This document shows, piece by piece, positions 1 to 12,051 of a DNA stretch of 39,558 bases. The notes under the pieces were generated by a model. That model saw only the letters and a list, made by a program, of their open reading frames with translations. It was not told where the DNA came from and made no database searches. The stretch's first letter is position 1. Each line of letters begins with the position of its first letter. The position numbers and the translations under genes are program-made. Where the stretch lies: assembly GCA_049999805.1 (NCBI GenBank), contig JBNGIO010006455.1, positions 1 through 39,558 on the forward strand. The letters are read 5' to 3'. This DNA comes from Folioceros fuciformis (taxonomy: Eukaryota).

Positions 1-2865
1 TGCATATTAGCTAAGCAGAAAGAATCACCTTTCCCTAATGCACCTGCACAAAGAGCCACACAAGTGCTTGAGTTAGTCCATGCTGACATATCAGGAAAGA
101 TCCATTCCCCATCACTGGGTGGATCCCAATATTTTTTCACATTGACAGACGACTACAGCAGGTATACATGGACCTTTCCTATGCGCCTGAAAAATGAAAC
201 CTTTGAGTTTTTCAAGGACTGGCTTCAAACTGCACAAAGGCAATCTGGAATGCTGGTCAAAACTCTAAGGACTGACAATGGCACGGAGTTCATAAACTCA
301 TCTTTCGACAGCCTACTTCAGGAGCATGGGATCCTCAGGCAGCTTACGGTCCCCTACACACCCCAACAAAACGGTGTGTCAGAGCGCAAAAATCAGACTT
401 TGCTTGGGATGACAAGAAGCATGCTGATTTGGGCTGGTTTACCTCAAGGTTACTGGGCGGAGGCTGTGGTAACAGCCACCTATATCCTCAACAGGGTCCT
501 GACAAGTTCAGTCCCTCACAAGACACCTTATGAAGTTTTCTGGCGCAGGAAACCATCTCTACTACATCTTCGTGTTTTTGGATCACGGGCATTTGCCTAT
601 ATATCTGTTGAGAAAAGACGAAAGCTTGACCCTCGAGCACAAGGACTACGTTTTGTCGGCTACAGCGAACGGACTAAGGCCTATAAGTTGTACAACCCCA
701 AAACTGGATCTATGATCTTAGCTCGAAGTGTCACTTTTCTTGAGCCCCATGCCCCTGCTTCACAAGAGACGGCAGAACATTCAGATCAGTATATGACTGA
801 TAAATTAGACCTGGATGTTCTGGAGAACGAGGGGGCTGCCTCTACTTACCCCCTTGATGACATGGACTCTGAAATTGCTGACCCAGTGGAGGATTTTACA
901 GATGAGTCCGCTGAGTCTCCTACTGCCGATGATCAACCACCTGTTGCACTTGATGTGCCACACCCTGATGTCAATAATGCTGATCATGACAACAACCTGA
1001 ATGTGCAGCCTGACCTGGATGATGTACTTGAGATTAATGATCTCTCTGTTGATGAGGGGGATGCTGTCCCCATCCCAGATTATGAGGGGGACATACCCGC
1101 ACCTCATGCACCTCAAGACATTGAGGAATCCCGTGATGACGAGCCCGTGCTTAGACGTTCTACACGTCACAGGCCACCTCCTGACCAATGGGCAGAGCCC
1201 CGATATGAATCCATTGACTTCCGAAAAACCTCTCTAGCGCAAGTTGTTGCCTTGGCTACTGCTAGCTCTGAAATTCCAGATGAGCCTACCACCTTACAGC
1301 AGGCCTTTACTGGCCCACAGAGTGCACAGTGGAAGGCTGCAGTGGAGGATGAGTACCAGTCCCTCATCAAAAATCAGACCTGGGTACTTGTAGACCTCCC
1401 ACCTGGAAGAAAGGCAATCAGCTGTAAGTGGGTTTTTAAACTTAAGCTTAATGCACAAGGACAAGTGGCCAGATACAAAGCAAGGCTCGTGGCTCGCGGG
1501 TTTACCCAAGTTGAAGGTCTCGATTACCAAGAGACCTTCTCTCCTGTCGTTCGCACTCAGTCCATAAGAATCCTTTTTGCATATGCTGCCGAATTTGATC
1601 TGGACCTACAGCAAATGGACGTTTGCACAGCATTCTTGTATGGTGCCCTCGAAGAAGAATTGTACATGTTGCAGCCTGAGGCCTATGAGGACAAACAGCA
1701 CCCGAACAAGGTGTTAAAACTTCTCAAATGTATCTACGGTTTAAAACAAAGTGGGCGCGTTTGGTATATAACGATGCACTTGTACCTGATTAGCATCAAC
1801 TTCGTCCAAAATGCTGCTGACAGCAATGTGTATAAGCTCACACAAGGAGCGTCTGTTGTCATCTTGGCACTTTATGTGGACGATGTTATATTTGCCACAA
1901 ACGATCAAACGCTGTTAGCAAGTGTCAAGGCCAAACTCAGCAGTAAATTTGACATGAAGGACATAGGAGAGCTTAAATTCTGTCTAGGAATCCAATTGCT
2001 TCGTGTGAGGAAAGAAGGGCTACTGTTTATCCATCAGTATAAGTACATAAAAGAGATACTCAGAAAGTTCAACCTTGACGAGGCCAGGCCAGCTACCACT
2101 CCCTTTGCTGCTGGTACAAAGCTGATTAGGGATCAGTGCCCCCAATCACAAGCTGAGAAAAAGGACATGCAGGATGTACCTTACAGGCATGCTGTTGGAT
2201 CCTTGATATTCGTCGCAAATTGGACTCGCCCTGACATACAGTATGCGGTTAGTACAGTTTCGCAATTTCTAGAAAATCCTGCTAGGGTTCACTGGGTAGC
2301 TGTTAAAAGGATCTTTCGTTATCTCAAAGGCACACACACCTATGGACTTATGTATAAGAGCACAGGCCAGAAACAACTTATCTTGCGAGGCTTCACGGAC
2401 GCTGACTGGGCATCAGACTCGGATGCACGTAGGAGTCTTTCTACATACTGTTACTTGTTGGGCTCAGCAGCTGTCACATGGAGCTGCAAAAAACAGGCAT
2501 CTGTTGCTCTAAGTTCCTCTGAGGCCGAGTATAAATCTCTAACTGAAGCAGCCAAAGAGGCTGAGTGGGAACGCAGCTTCCTCAATGACTTGGGGCAGCC
2601 GCAGGAGAAGCCAACACTTGTACTCTGCGATAACACCGCAGCCTTAGAGTTAGTGGAAAGTTTGAAATTTCATGCCAGGACTAAGCACATCGAGGTACAA
2701 CACCATTACATCCGCAACGTGGTACACAGAGGTGTCCTTAAATTGGGTTACGTACAGACAGATGAGAATACTGCCGATATCCTTACTAAAGGATTGCCCA
2801 AATATAAGCACTATTACCACATGGAAGGCATGGGACTGAAGGACTACTCAGCCTACTTCAAGTAG
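1..2865 (+). CDS. copia Pol polyprotein, 5'-partial (GAG-pre-integrase end, integrase, RT, RNase H)
   Basis: Frame open from base 1 (CILAKQKESPF...). Integrase HADI/RTDNGTEF/NGVSERKN; RT YKARLVARGF, QMDVCTAFLYG, LYVDD; RNase H DADWA, EAEY, CDN, ADILTK. No stops or frameshifts. Confidence 0.96.
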   Translation, partial: CILAKQKESPFPNAPAQRATQVLELVHADISGKIHSPSLGGSQYFFTLTDDYSRYTWTFPMRLKNETFEFFKDWLQTAQRQSGMLVKTLRTDNGTEFINSSFDSLLQEHGILRQLTVPYTPQQNGVSERKNQTLLGMTRSMLIWAGLPQGYWAEAVVTATYILNRVLTSSVPHKTPYEVFWRRKPSLLHLRVFGSRAFAYISVEKRRKLDPRAQGLRFVGYSERTKAYKLYNPKTGSMILARSVTFLEPHAPASQETAEHSDQYMTDKLDLDVLENEGAASTYPLDDMDSEIADPVEDFTDESAESPTADDQPPVALDVPHPDVNNADHDNNLNVQPDLDDVLEINDLSVDEGDAVPIPDYEGDIPAPHAPQDIEESRDDEPVLRRSTRHRPPPDQWAEPRYESIDFRKTSLAQVVALATASSEIPDEPTTLQQAFTGPQSAQWKAAVEDEYQSLIKNQTWVLVDLPPGRKAISCKWVFKLKLNAQGQVARYKARLVARGFTQVEGLDYQETFSPVVRTQSIRILFAYAAEFDLDLQQMDVCTAFLYGALEEELYMLQPEAYEDKQHPNKVLKLLKCIYGLKQSGRVWYITMHLYLISINFVQNAADSNVYKLTQGASVVILALYVDDVIFATNDQTLLASVKAKLSSKFDMKDIGELKFCLGIQLLRVRKEGLLFIHQYKYIKEILRKFNLDEARPATTPFAAGTKLIRDQCPQSQAEKKDMQDVPYRHAVGSLIFVANWTRPDIQYAVSTVSQFLENPARVHWVAVKRIFRYLKGTHTYGLMYKSTGQKQLILRGFTDADWASDSDARRSLSTYCYLLGSAAVTWSCKKQASVALSSSEAEYKSLTEAAKEAEWERSFLNDLGQPQEKPTLVLCDNTAALELVESLKFHARTKHIEVQHHYIRNVVHRGVLKLGYVQTDENTADILTKGLPKYKHYYHMEGMGLKDYSAYFK

Positions 2866-3085
2866 CAGTCTCTTATCTTGGTTGTTGATGGGGATGGCAG
2901 CCTCTTTTGTGTCTGCAGATATGTTCCATCCCTGGCAGCCAGATACTTGTGACTGCACAGCATAACACATTTAAAGGCGATATCAGTTCCCGTGAATTCT
3001 TACACACAGTCTGCAAAGCACAGGAGCAGGTGGATGAAGCTTACATGATTGATTAAATCACCTGACAGCCTGTGACTGGACAACC

Positions 3086-3625
3086 CTACACCTCATCCTT
3101 CAGCCTGCTGAGCATCTTTGCTACACCTTCTAGCTGATCCACCAGGCCCTGCATGTTTTCCTTGTCTTTAGCAGGTGTGGATGGGTTGACAGCGACCTCT
3201 TCCTCTGCCATTTTGCCCCAGACAAGTGTGATGTTCAGCTCAACGTGATACCCAGCGATGGTTGCGGACTGCCCGGTGTTGTAGCGGCTCTCCCACTCCC
3301 AGCCTCTGGCCACATCTTCCCGGGACGCCGGTCGTGTGGCAGAATCATAGCTTGCCCCACTCCTCATCCTCATTTTCAACTGTAACAGCAGGATCCACAG
3401 GCGTGTGACGACGAAGAGCGCGAGCTGGGCTTCTGCAGTGAGCACAGCGAGGTGAAGATCCATTCTTGTAGTGGCTGCATTGATTACAGAACGGAAGCTG
3501 GGTCGTCTACTCAACCACCGGATTATGCCCGAGAGTGCCCCAGCGCGAGAGACTGTTCCTCGTGTTTTCTTCCAGCTGCCTGGTTCTCGTGGACAGTCCT
3601 TCGTTTCCAAGGTTTCGTGCTTCAA
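3086..3625 (-). CDS. putative antisense extra ORF in the copia 3' internal region, unknown function
   Basis: 179-codon open frame between the pol stop and the PPT. The listed start is TTG; the first ATG is at MDLHLAV (~3463). Hydrophobic stretch LHLAVLTAEAQLALFVVTRLWILLLQL and an amphipathic C-terminus. No family recognised. Confidence 0.3.
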   Translation of the reverse strand: MKHETLETKDCPREPGSWKKTRGTVSRAGALSGIIRWLSRRPSFRSVINAATTRMDLHLAVLTAEAQLALFVVTRLWILLLQLKMRMRSGASYDSATRPASREDVARGWEWESRYNTGQSATIAGYHVELNITLVWGKMAEEEVAVNPSTPAKDKENMQGLVDQLEGVAKMLSRLKDEV

Positions 3626-3643
3626 GCTAACCGTGGCTAGTTT

Positions 3644-3652
3644 AAGAGGGGG
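3644..3652 (+). other. polypurine tract (PPT) of the copia element
   Basis: AAGAGGGGG directly abutting the LTR start TGTTAG. Confidence 0.85.
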
Positions 3653-3823
3653 TGTTAGTGCAGAATGGTTAAACTTAACCCACGGTTAGGGATATATATA
3701 TAGTTTATATATAATTAGGGGTTGTCTAGTGAAAGGACATCTAGAAAGTATTTAAACATTTTTGTATTGCCATTATGGATTATTATTATTATTATTCCAA
3801 TTCTCGCTCACGCTCATCTTACA
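3653..3823 (+). repeat. 3' LTR (171 bp)
   Basis: Begins TGTTAG and ends CTTACA (near-inverted termini); AT-rich with TATA-like runs and a (TTA)n tract; candidate TSD TAAGC at 3824-3828. The 5' LTR is not in the window, so the end cannot be confirmed. Confidence 0.75.
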
Positions 3824-5147
3824 TAAGCTTCACATGGACTGTTGTAGCTCTTCTACCTAGGTGCGTTTCCAACGAATTAGAGTGATTTTGAGGATCCGAC
3901 AATGGATCCTCTGGATCATATGGTGCGCTGTTTAGATCCAAAGACTCACAGAACCGAGCATCTTGTGCACGCAATTCCGCATCCAAAGTGCTATGCCTCC
4001 AACAATTACGTATGGTATGAGGACTCACAAATGAAGTCTAAGCTTTTACCAGCATAACCACTACTTGATATACATCGATAGTTGTAGCCGCATTGTCTAT
4101 GATCTAGTTGCATTGGTACGAAATCATCAACTTACGATACTGAGCCTTGAAAGAACAGATGATCCATTGGTCCAAAGGTTGATATACGCTTGTCACATTG
4201 GGTGGAAAGAAAACCACCTTTGTAACTTGCAATTGAGCTGCATTACTAAACCGATGCCCAAGACAATTATCCACTATAAGTAACACTCTAGTCCGCCCTA
4301 ATGCAACCATCCTCTGGTCAAAATCTAGCAAAAACTTCTCACATAGCTCTATTGTCATCCATGCCTTTTGGTTTACATACTAGATAATATTCAAATTCAC
4401 GGGATTTTGAACATTCCTGACAGAGAAAGCACGAGGCCTAAGATATCTGTTGATCACAAAAGGTGGCAACTTGCAAGATCCATCAACATTTGTTGTCAGT
4501 CCAATTGTCAATCAGTCCTTAAACTGCTTCCGTCTTGCAATACACATTGTTGCAAGTGTCTTGTTCGGCGGTGCTCTGAAGAAAAGACTAGTCTCATCCA
4601 TATTAAAACCATTTGCAGCTCCATAATCAAGACCTTGAAGTTGCAGCTCTCTAATAGCTACCTTCATTGCTTCTGTATTGTTAACACTCCCTGCCTTTCC
4701 ATGTCTGACAACTGATTTAAAATTATACCTTTTCTTCTAGTGAGCAACCCAACCTCTATGGTATGTCATTTTTGGTCTCTCATCTTTAGGAATCTTCTCG
4801 TGGAATTTGGAAGCCATCTCACAAAGCAAGTCATCTGAAATTATGGCACCTTGAGTTTGGATTGCAAGAGCCCAAACGTGTAGTGCGTGGTCAACGTGTG
4901 GGCATACGACTGGTCTATCCCTCATTTCTGCCATATTAGTTGTTAGACCAATGGCAAAGTCCAACCATTTGTCTTTGTTTTTCACAATCCTAGACAATCC
5001 ACTTTTAGAAGCTGCTATTGAAAACTTCTATGTTTTCCATCTAGTCAACTCCTGAAGTGTGCAAGACTATTGGACATAATATTCGCAAACCTCTTTCTTT
5101 TGTTGCTTTGTTAGGGTAGCAAGCTTGTGCAGCGGCTTGGGCGGCAT
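3824..5147 (-). pseudogene. degenerate pogo/Tigger-like (CENP-B HTH + DDE_1) transposase, interrupted at its 3' end by the copia
   Basis: ATG at 5147 (MPPKPLHKLATLTKQQKKEVCEYY...) with in-frame TAG stops; HTH segment VDHALHVWALAIQTQGAIISDDLLCEMASKF...RGW; DDE_1 motifs VLLIVDNCLGH, FFPPNVTSVYQPLDQ.II.SFKAQYR, VSPHTIRNCWRHS. Confidence 0.88.
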
Positions 5148-5220
5148 TGGTCCTACACGTTAAAGAGAATGGGTAAGGAACACATACAAAATATCTCACA
5201 GCAAGACAACAATTTAGAAC

Positions 5221-5275
5221 ACCATAACATAACTTACAACACCATAAGACAACTTACAACACCATAAGACAACTT
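5221..5275. repeat. 20-bp tandem repeat (AACTTACAACACCATAAGAC), ~2.7 copies, upstream of the transposase
   Basis: Directly visible; possibly subterminal repeats of the pogo-like element. Confidence 0.8.
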
Positions 5276-5600
5276 GTACAATGAAACAACTTATGTACTA
5301 GGAACAATGCTTCTAATCACAAAGCATAGTGTACACATCTACTACATATATAGGCTCAATTTCGATGACAATCTCGATGACTGTTTATGTTTTATGATAT
5401 AATCTCGATAGCCTTTAACTTGACATAATCTCAATAACTCATGATTTAATCTCAATAAGATATTTTTTTATTTTTTTTTAAATATATATTTTTCCTTTTA
5501 CATATGTGTACTTACATTGAATGAGGTGTACTTATATTGTACTTATGTTTGGGAGACATGTTCCCATTTACAAATTAAAGGGGTTTCCATTTAAGCATGT

Positions 5601-5754
5601 AGCACATTCAAAGGAGTAAGCACATTCAAAGGAGTAAGCACATTCAAGGGAGTAAGCACATTCATTCAAGGGAGTAANNNNNNNNNNGGAGTAAGCACAT
5701 TCAAGGGAGTAAGCACATTCATTCAAGGGAGTAAGCACATTCAAGGGAGTAAGC
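5601..5754. repeat. 18/22-bp minisatellite (AGCACATTCAA[A/G]GGAGTA) spanning an assembly gap
   Basis: At least 7 units, some with an extra TTCA; 10 Ns at 5678-5687. Confidence 0.92.
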
Positions 5755-5843
5755 CGGGGCATTCCGGGTCCCAATAGTACGGCTGCTTCACTATTTCTTG
5801 GGCCGCCCCGTATGCTCTTGCTGAAGTAATGCCATTGTGTGTA

Positions 5844-5954
5844 AGCTTGGTCCAAATCATTTTTTTGTGTTTGCTTTACAAGAAAGCAATCCTTCATGGC
5901 AGCTTGGTACAAAGAATCCTAGTGTGTTTGCTTTACGAAAAAGCAATACCTTCA
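5844..5954. repeat. diverged ~57-bp direct repeat, each copy with a TTGCTTT-N5-AAAGCAA inverted repeat
   Basis: AGCTTGGT.CAAA...GTGTTTGCTTTAC...AAAGCAAT.CCTTCA at 5844-5896 and 5901-5954. Confidence 0.6.
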
Positions 5955-8388
5955 CAACCGGCCGCACCTGGCCTTCCATCAACTTTGTAAAGAGCGCTCT
6001 AGGTACCTCGTCAAATCCGAAAATCTTCCCTCACAAGAGATAGATACTGGCCTTCTCTCGGCTTTAACTCACAAAGTGTGCTTCGTCCATCACAAACTTA
6101 GGCAACGGCACTGGAAAATATCTGGGCCATGCCAGCCAGGTGCTCATGTAACAAGGTGGTGCATTTTGGACCGGCTTGCTCCCTGGCATCGCCTTGCCTG
6201 CTTGACGCCCTACACATTGGTGGCCACAAGAACCAGTTGCTCGCCAGCACTCCCCGACTGGACGATCGCCAGGCAAGCCAGTGCAGCGATGCAAGTGGAG
6301 ATGGAGTCCCGGCACTCTTTGTGCCGCCCGATTGGCCGAACCTCTGACACACCAGTGGCCGCGACTGGCCCCGTCCACCCCAGAAGGAGCTAGCAAGCGC
6401 TATATTGAGATTCGCGACGGCGGACGCATGTCTGACACTTTTGTCACCTGGACACGAGCTCGGCGCAGGGATTGGATCCGCCTCATCTGTCGCACACTGC
6501 TCTCCGCAGATTGCAACGGCTCGCTCGTCGGCCTTCCACTATCACGTGACGTCACTCCTGCTAGGGTTCCGTCGCCATGTGTTCGCCAAGTCCGGCCTCC
6601 ATGGATGAATAACACAGTCTGATGCTCGCCGCACCACGCGGGCCAAGCCACGCTGTCTCTCGCACTGTGCGTGCTAGGGACACAGGATGGGCCCGAGTCG
6701 TGGAGCCTGGAGGTGTGGGAGAGGCGAATTTCTCACCCCCAGGCTGCCAGGCCCTAGGCCTAACTAAGCCCCAGCCACGCCTACACGTGACAACCATCAA
6801 CCGGGTGGCACATGCTTGTAATGCGTTGCATCGCACTCTGCACAGGCAGGCACCGTGTTGAATGTCGACGGCCATGTCCGCTGGCTGGACTGTGACGGAA
6901 GTTAATAGGTCATATTCTCTCCATGTCCGATGCCGCCCCTTTCTTTACTGTCGTTCGTGAATGGACCACCTACCGCATCCACACTTCCAGATGCGCAGGC
7001 CGGGCCAGCTGGGTGGCATGCCGATCGGGCCAAGGCAGCCACTGCCCAGACGACCACCACGCACCTGCCCCATCATGTGGACATACGGAGCGTTTCCTCC
7101 GATGCGCTCTCAAAGAAGGGTGTCAAGTGTCAAATCCGGGCTGCATCAACCGCGACAGTTTCTGGTTTTATCTTGCAATAGCAGCAATCGCCATCAGTGG
7201 GGAGTTGGAACCCGGGAGTGAGTGTCATCAACCTCACCTGGCCCCACAGTCGGCCCCAGGCATATTCGATCCAGGATGCCGATGCCCACAGCCCGCGGTG
7301 CACAGGACACTGACTTCGTCTACACCTCTTCCTGCAGGTATCACTGTGCCAGACAGACGTCACATCGGACCGAGCAGCAAATGAGACGAGGAGCAAACAC
7401 GGTGCACAAAGCTTGCATGTGCGCAAGAAGAGGCCATACATAACTGTGACACAGTAAGCTGATAACGGGAAGTGGGAGGGGGCTTGATTGCTCTGGCCGC
7501 GAGAGGCACTTGACTGGTCAGTTTATTCACACAGCCTGAAGGCTGAACTTTAGTACAAGCGCGTGCCGAGGGCGTATAGCTCCGGCATGCACTCCAATGG
7601 GCAGGCTTCGCAAATAATGCAAGGGGAAGAAAAGAATGAACTCGAGATTAAACACAAATAATCGGGGGAGAAGCACCTACTTCCAGGATGGCAATAGGAT
7701 CTATGCAAACGGTGTCATAGACATACCAGCGAACGCTATGGTATGATGTATCCAATTGTCGGCGCCAACAACAACACTTAAGCCGAAGAGAGGAGATATG
7801 CCTCGAGAAGACATGCTAAAGGAATGGGTGACGCACCCACATCCACCCGGCCTAAATCCTCTGCTTCGATGTGCTACTCACGTCTACGGCTGCGCCGGCC
7901 GACTGTGACTAGTCCAGCACCACAGACTCTGCTAGTCGGTGCGGGAGAGACGGAGAATCCACTGAATTGGCTTCCCATATACACTCAGTTTTACACAAAT
8001 CTGAAGGCTCCTCCGAATGATACCACTACACATCCCTCGAGAGCAAAAATAAAGAAATATTGCTGAGCGCAGGCTGAAAGACTACCCGAGCTCATTGAGT
8101 GCCAACTCCCTGTGCCAGGGACCAATGGTGTTCTTGCAAACTTGCTTGCTTATGAGCCATCCTTCCTGTCAACCAACCCAATTTGCCACCCAGTAGACAG
8201 GCATAAATCTGTACTCGGTTCTCATCCAGACTGGTGCATCTAGCTTTCACTCTCCTTGAGGAGATAATACCCAGCAGAAACTTGACGACCAAGCACCTTG
8301 AAATTGGCATCCTTAGATAAGATGCGCATACAAGATAGTACCCTTCCTCTTTGATCTCACGAGTCTGCTCACGGCAGCCTGAGATTTC

Positions 8389-11026
8389 TCAACTCACTTG
8401 TTCTCCAATCAGGTCAAGCCCCACAGCCAGGAAAGCTAGTCCTTGGAAAAGGAGGAAATAGAAGTGCACACCTTTAGCTGATAGTAAGCTCCTTGCTGAC
8501 GCAGTCAGCAGCAAAAATGATAAAGTGAGCTCCTTCCTGTACAGTCGGTTCGTCTTTTTCTTCAAAAAGGGCACTGGACTAGGTGCACCCTGCTGCTGTG
8601 ATTGCTTACCCATACCTTCCAGGTTCAATGCTGATGCCCCACGACGGTGGCCAGCCAACGATAACTCAGCATCCTCTTCTGTCTCCTTCTGGGCTATGGC
8701 CAGGAGGTCTGCCTCCGACGATCGTCCCATCTTCTTGGTGACAACCCACTCATAGGCACTACCGAGTTGGAAAAGTCCCGACACCATGGCATTGAACTTG
8801 GTAACAGACATGGTGTTCTCAAACAACAAGTAAGGAACGAGGAACGGAAAAGACTTCGGAGCAGGTAGAACATTCAGGAAGGACATCAGGGCAGGTATGT
8901 AGCACACCACCCACAGGGGAAGGTGAGCCTCAGGGACAAACATGGTCATGGGTAGAATGATGCAGAAAAGAGTGAACGAGTAGAAGGGAAGAATCAATTT
9001 CCTCAGGAGGAAGAAGAGGAAGATAAGATTGGCTTTCTTTGCAAGAGAAATCTGCGCCAATCACACGGAAACACAAAGAATCAGCAAACGTAACAGAACA
9101 ACCTAGTGACTGTGACACTATCAAAATAGAGCGCTGCTTTCCAATTCAAACTCCACCCACCTCTGATTTGATGATATCGGGCAGGCAGAGACGGAACAGC
9201 TGCATCGGACCAGAGTGCCATCGATGCTGCTGCTTTCTGTACGCCTCGTACGACTCTGGGAGTTCACAGATGCACTGCGCACAGAGGGACACAGGATCCA
9301 AAATAGTCAGGATCTACGAACCACAATTCACCTGCCAAAACGGCTTGACGAGGGTGATCACATGCAAGTGATGAGGGTGTTACCTTCACGTCATTCAGAA
9401 AAATAAACTTCCAACCCTTCAGGTGAGCTCGCACAGCGATATCCATGTCCTCCACAGTGGTCCTTTCCAGCCAACCGCCCGACTCTTCCAGAGCTTTGAT
9501 TCTCCAGACGCCTGCTGTTCCGTTGAAGCCGAAGAAGTTGAGAAATACCCCATTCACTTGCTGCTCCACTTCAAAATGGAATGACAAGTTGATATTCTGT
9601 AATCGTGTCAGCAAATTCTCGTCCCTGTTGATGAACGCCCACCGAGTCTGCACAAGGCCCAGCTCTGGATTGTCCTGCAGAAGACAAAAAAGTCAGAGAA
9701 TGCACAAGCTCAGTGTCTGGCCACTATCAGAACATCAAGGAGACAACCCTCCTCAGAAGCTGGTACTGAACATACAATGAAATGGGGAACAGTCCGCTTG
9801 AGGAAGTCAGGCTGAGGTTGGAAGTCAGCATCGAAAATGGCAACGTATTCATAAGCCTTGACGTAGTCGCACATCATTCCAGCTTTCAAGTTTCCAGCCT
9901 TGTAACCAGTTCGATTGCGCCGGTGCCTGTAAACAGCGTGCACGCCCTTGAGGGACCATTTCTGCACCTCCGCCTTGATGAGTTCTTGAGTGGACGGGTC
10001 ATCTGAATCGTCCAATACTTGGACAAGCATTTTAGACCTGGGCCACTCCATATTGCAGACTGCTGCCAGAGACTGCTGGTAGACCTGCGAAGTCAGGGAC
10101 ACAAGAAAACTGTCAGACCCACAGACGAAGCTACCACACCACATCCTTGTGAGCAGGACGCAGTTCATGGAGAGCACTGGGCTACCAAAGATCTGAAGGT
10201 CGTGCAGCACAAAACGACACAGCCGTGGTCCACAGGCAAGGAAGGACTAAACAGAAAAACCAAAGGCAGGGCCCCGAAGCAATCCATGGAAGCCTGTGCC
10301 TACCTCTCTCTCGTTGCACATTGGTATCTGAACAAGAACATGCGGGTAGGCGGCATCCGGATTCTCCACGTCATCCGGCGTGTCGAATGAAGCCACCTTA
10401 GGCACAGGAGCCACGCGCCTATACTTGATCCAGATACAGCCCAGGCAGAGCAGCAGCCTGTCCGCAGACTGGACGAGGAAAAGAATGATGCAAGCGTCCG
10501 CCAGGAGCTGCAGCGGAGGTGCTATGTAATTGGAGCGCAGAAAGATCCAGGACAGATAGATGACATGCGGCAGGCTCTGAACTTCCACCACCGTGGGCAT
10601 GTGAAGATGGGGCCGAGTGAAGTGCCAACCCTTGAAGTAAGCCAGTATCTCCACACCCAGCATGACGATAGAGAAGAACAAGAAAATCCTGATGCAGTGA
10701 TAGAGCCTTCCCTTGTGCGGCTTGTCCGACGGAGGCGGCACTCCTTCCTGAAAAATAAGGCGCTTCTTCACAGCAGCAAGCACGGTCCAGAGCCCCATAG
10801 CGAGCCAGGCGACGCAGCCCGCCGCCCGGTGGGCCTTGAGCATGAGCACCCAGGTGAGCTGCTTGGTATTCTTGTCCCGATTCTTGTCAGCCTCAAAGAC
10901 TCCAGCCTTGGGGCTCTGCAGCTCCAGCATGGACCAGTTAGGATTCTCCATCTTCACCACCACGGGCGTGCCTCTGTGCGCCTCCTTCGTCCCCAACCAC
11001 TCCCCTATATTAAAGCTAGGTGGCAT
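8389..11026 (-). CDS. CSLC: cellulose synthase-like C (GT2), xyloglucan beta-1,4-glucan backbone synthase, ~699 aa, 5 exons
   Basis: Exons 11026-10304, 10084-9776, 9674-9384, 9274-9161, 9051-8389; all introns GT-AG and phase 0. Motifs [70 protein letters not shown]. Confidence 0.96.
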
Positions 11027-12051
11027 TGTGACAGTTTCTCCTTATCAACCGCTCCCCCAAGCACAGTCGCAGAATCAGGGTGAGAGGAGGAGCTCCGCAA
11101 CCGAAACCGCTGCAGCCCGATCTCCTACGTGCATGCGGCAGCAGGCGCGGAGGGCGAGGCTGGCACGGCCAGGCGGCCCATCCCGAGCTTCCCGCACCGC
11201 ACCCAGGCCGTATCCGCGACAACAGGAAGTGGTGAGCAATCCGCGTCCGGGCTGGAGCATCCCCCGCCGTCCCGGATTGAACCCGAGGCCACGAAATGTG
11301 CACGCAATGCCGCCCCGGATCCGGCGAGCCCAGCAGGCGGTCAGCTTCCAGGAGCGGGGGCCCTCCTGGGCGCCATCGCCGCGGCAATGCCGGGAGCCTA
11401 AGGCGTCCCTCCGGAGGCGCACTCTCCAGGCAGGACCCGAGATGGGAGACGAGGGCAGCACAGGCACGGCAGAGGCGGAGTAAAGAAGGCTGGGTGCAGG
11501 GGAGGAGGCGGGCGGGAGGGACAGGGACTGCGAGGGACGGCGGGCGAGCAAGCAAGGAGGCAGAGCTTTCTGGCGCACCAACCGGGCCGGGCGTGGGAGA
11601 GACGAGGAGCAGGAGAGGAGGAGGAAGCAGGAGCGATGATGAGCGAAGAGGAGGGTGCAACAGCAGACAACAGCAACGGGCTACCAGTCGGCGTCCTGCC
11701 GAACGCAGCTCGCTGTGATGCCGGCCCCTTCCCACACCGCACCTCACCGCATCGCACTGCACTGCTCTGCTCGGCTCTGCTCGTCTCCACTGCTTCTGCA
11801 GCCGCGTTCAGCCTGGCTTCTCACTCCATAGCCCGCCAGCCTGCCACGCCCTGAAGACCCAGAGAGAGAGGAAATAGAGAGAGAGTGCAGAGAGCAGTGT
11901 GGGAACCTGGACCGGGCTGTGCCGGTCTCGGTGACAGCAAAGAAAGGAGAGCCGACGCCAGCTGGCTGCCCGACACTCTCCCATTGCTGCCCGGTTTGAA
12001 AGTTGGTTTGTCCCGTTGAGCTGTCTTTTACCGTGGTGCCGTGGCCATGGC

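Larger units (their letters stand above)
1..3823 (+). mobile_element. Ty1/copia LTR retrotransposon, 3' portion (5' part lies left of the window)
   Basis: Integrase-RT-RNaseH order in pol; polypurine tract AAGAGGGGG at 3644-3652 directly followed by a TG...CA LTR (3653-3823); pogo-like sequence resumes right after. Confidence 0.95.

Noticed and set aside
5601-5754. Short regular repeats resembling a CRISPR array
   Set aside because: Units are head-to-tail with no unique spacers, the context is eukaryotic and there are no cas genes; it is a minisatellite.
6064-7443. Cluster of 70-150 aa ORFs downstream of CSLC
   Set aside because: No recognisable motif or consistent exon chain. The TCACGTGACGTCA G-box/C-box at ~6542 hints at regulatory DNA but is not enough to call a feature.
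10836-11900. Many overlapping 100-250 aa ORFs on both strands upstream of CSLC
   Set aside because: Very GC-rich 5' UTR/promoter DNA with few stop codons; the products are Arg/Pro/Ala-rich with no domain signature.
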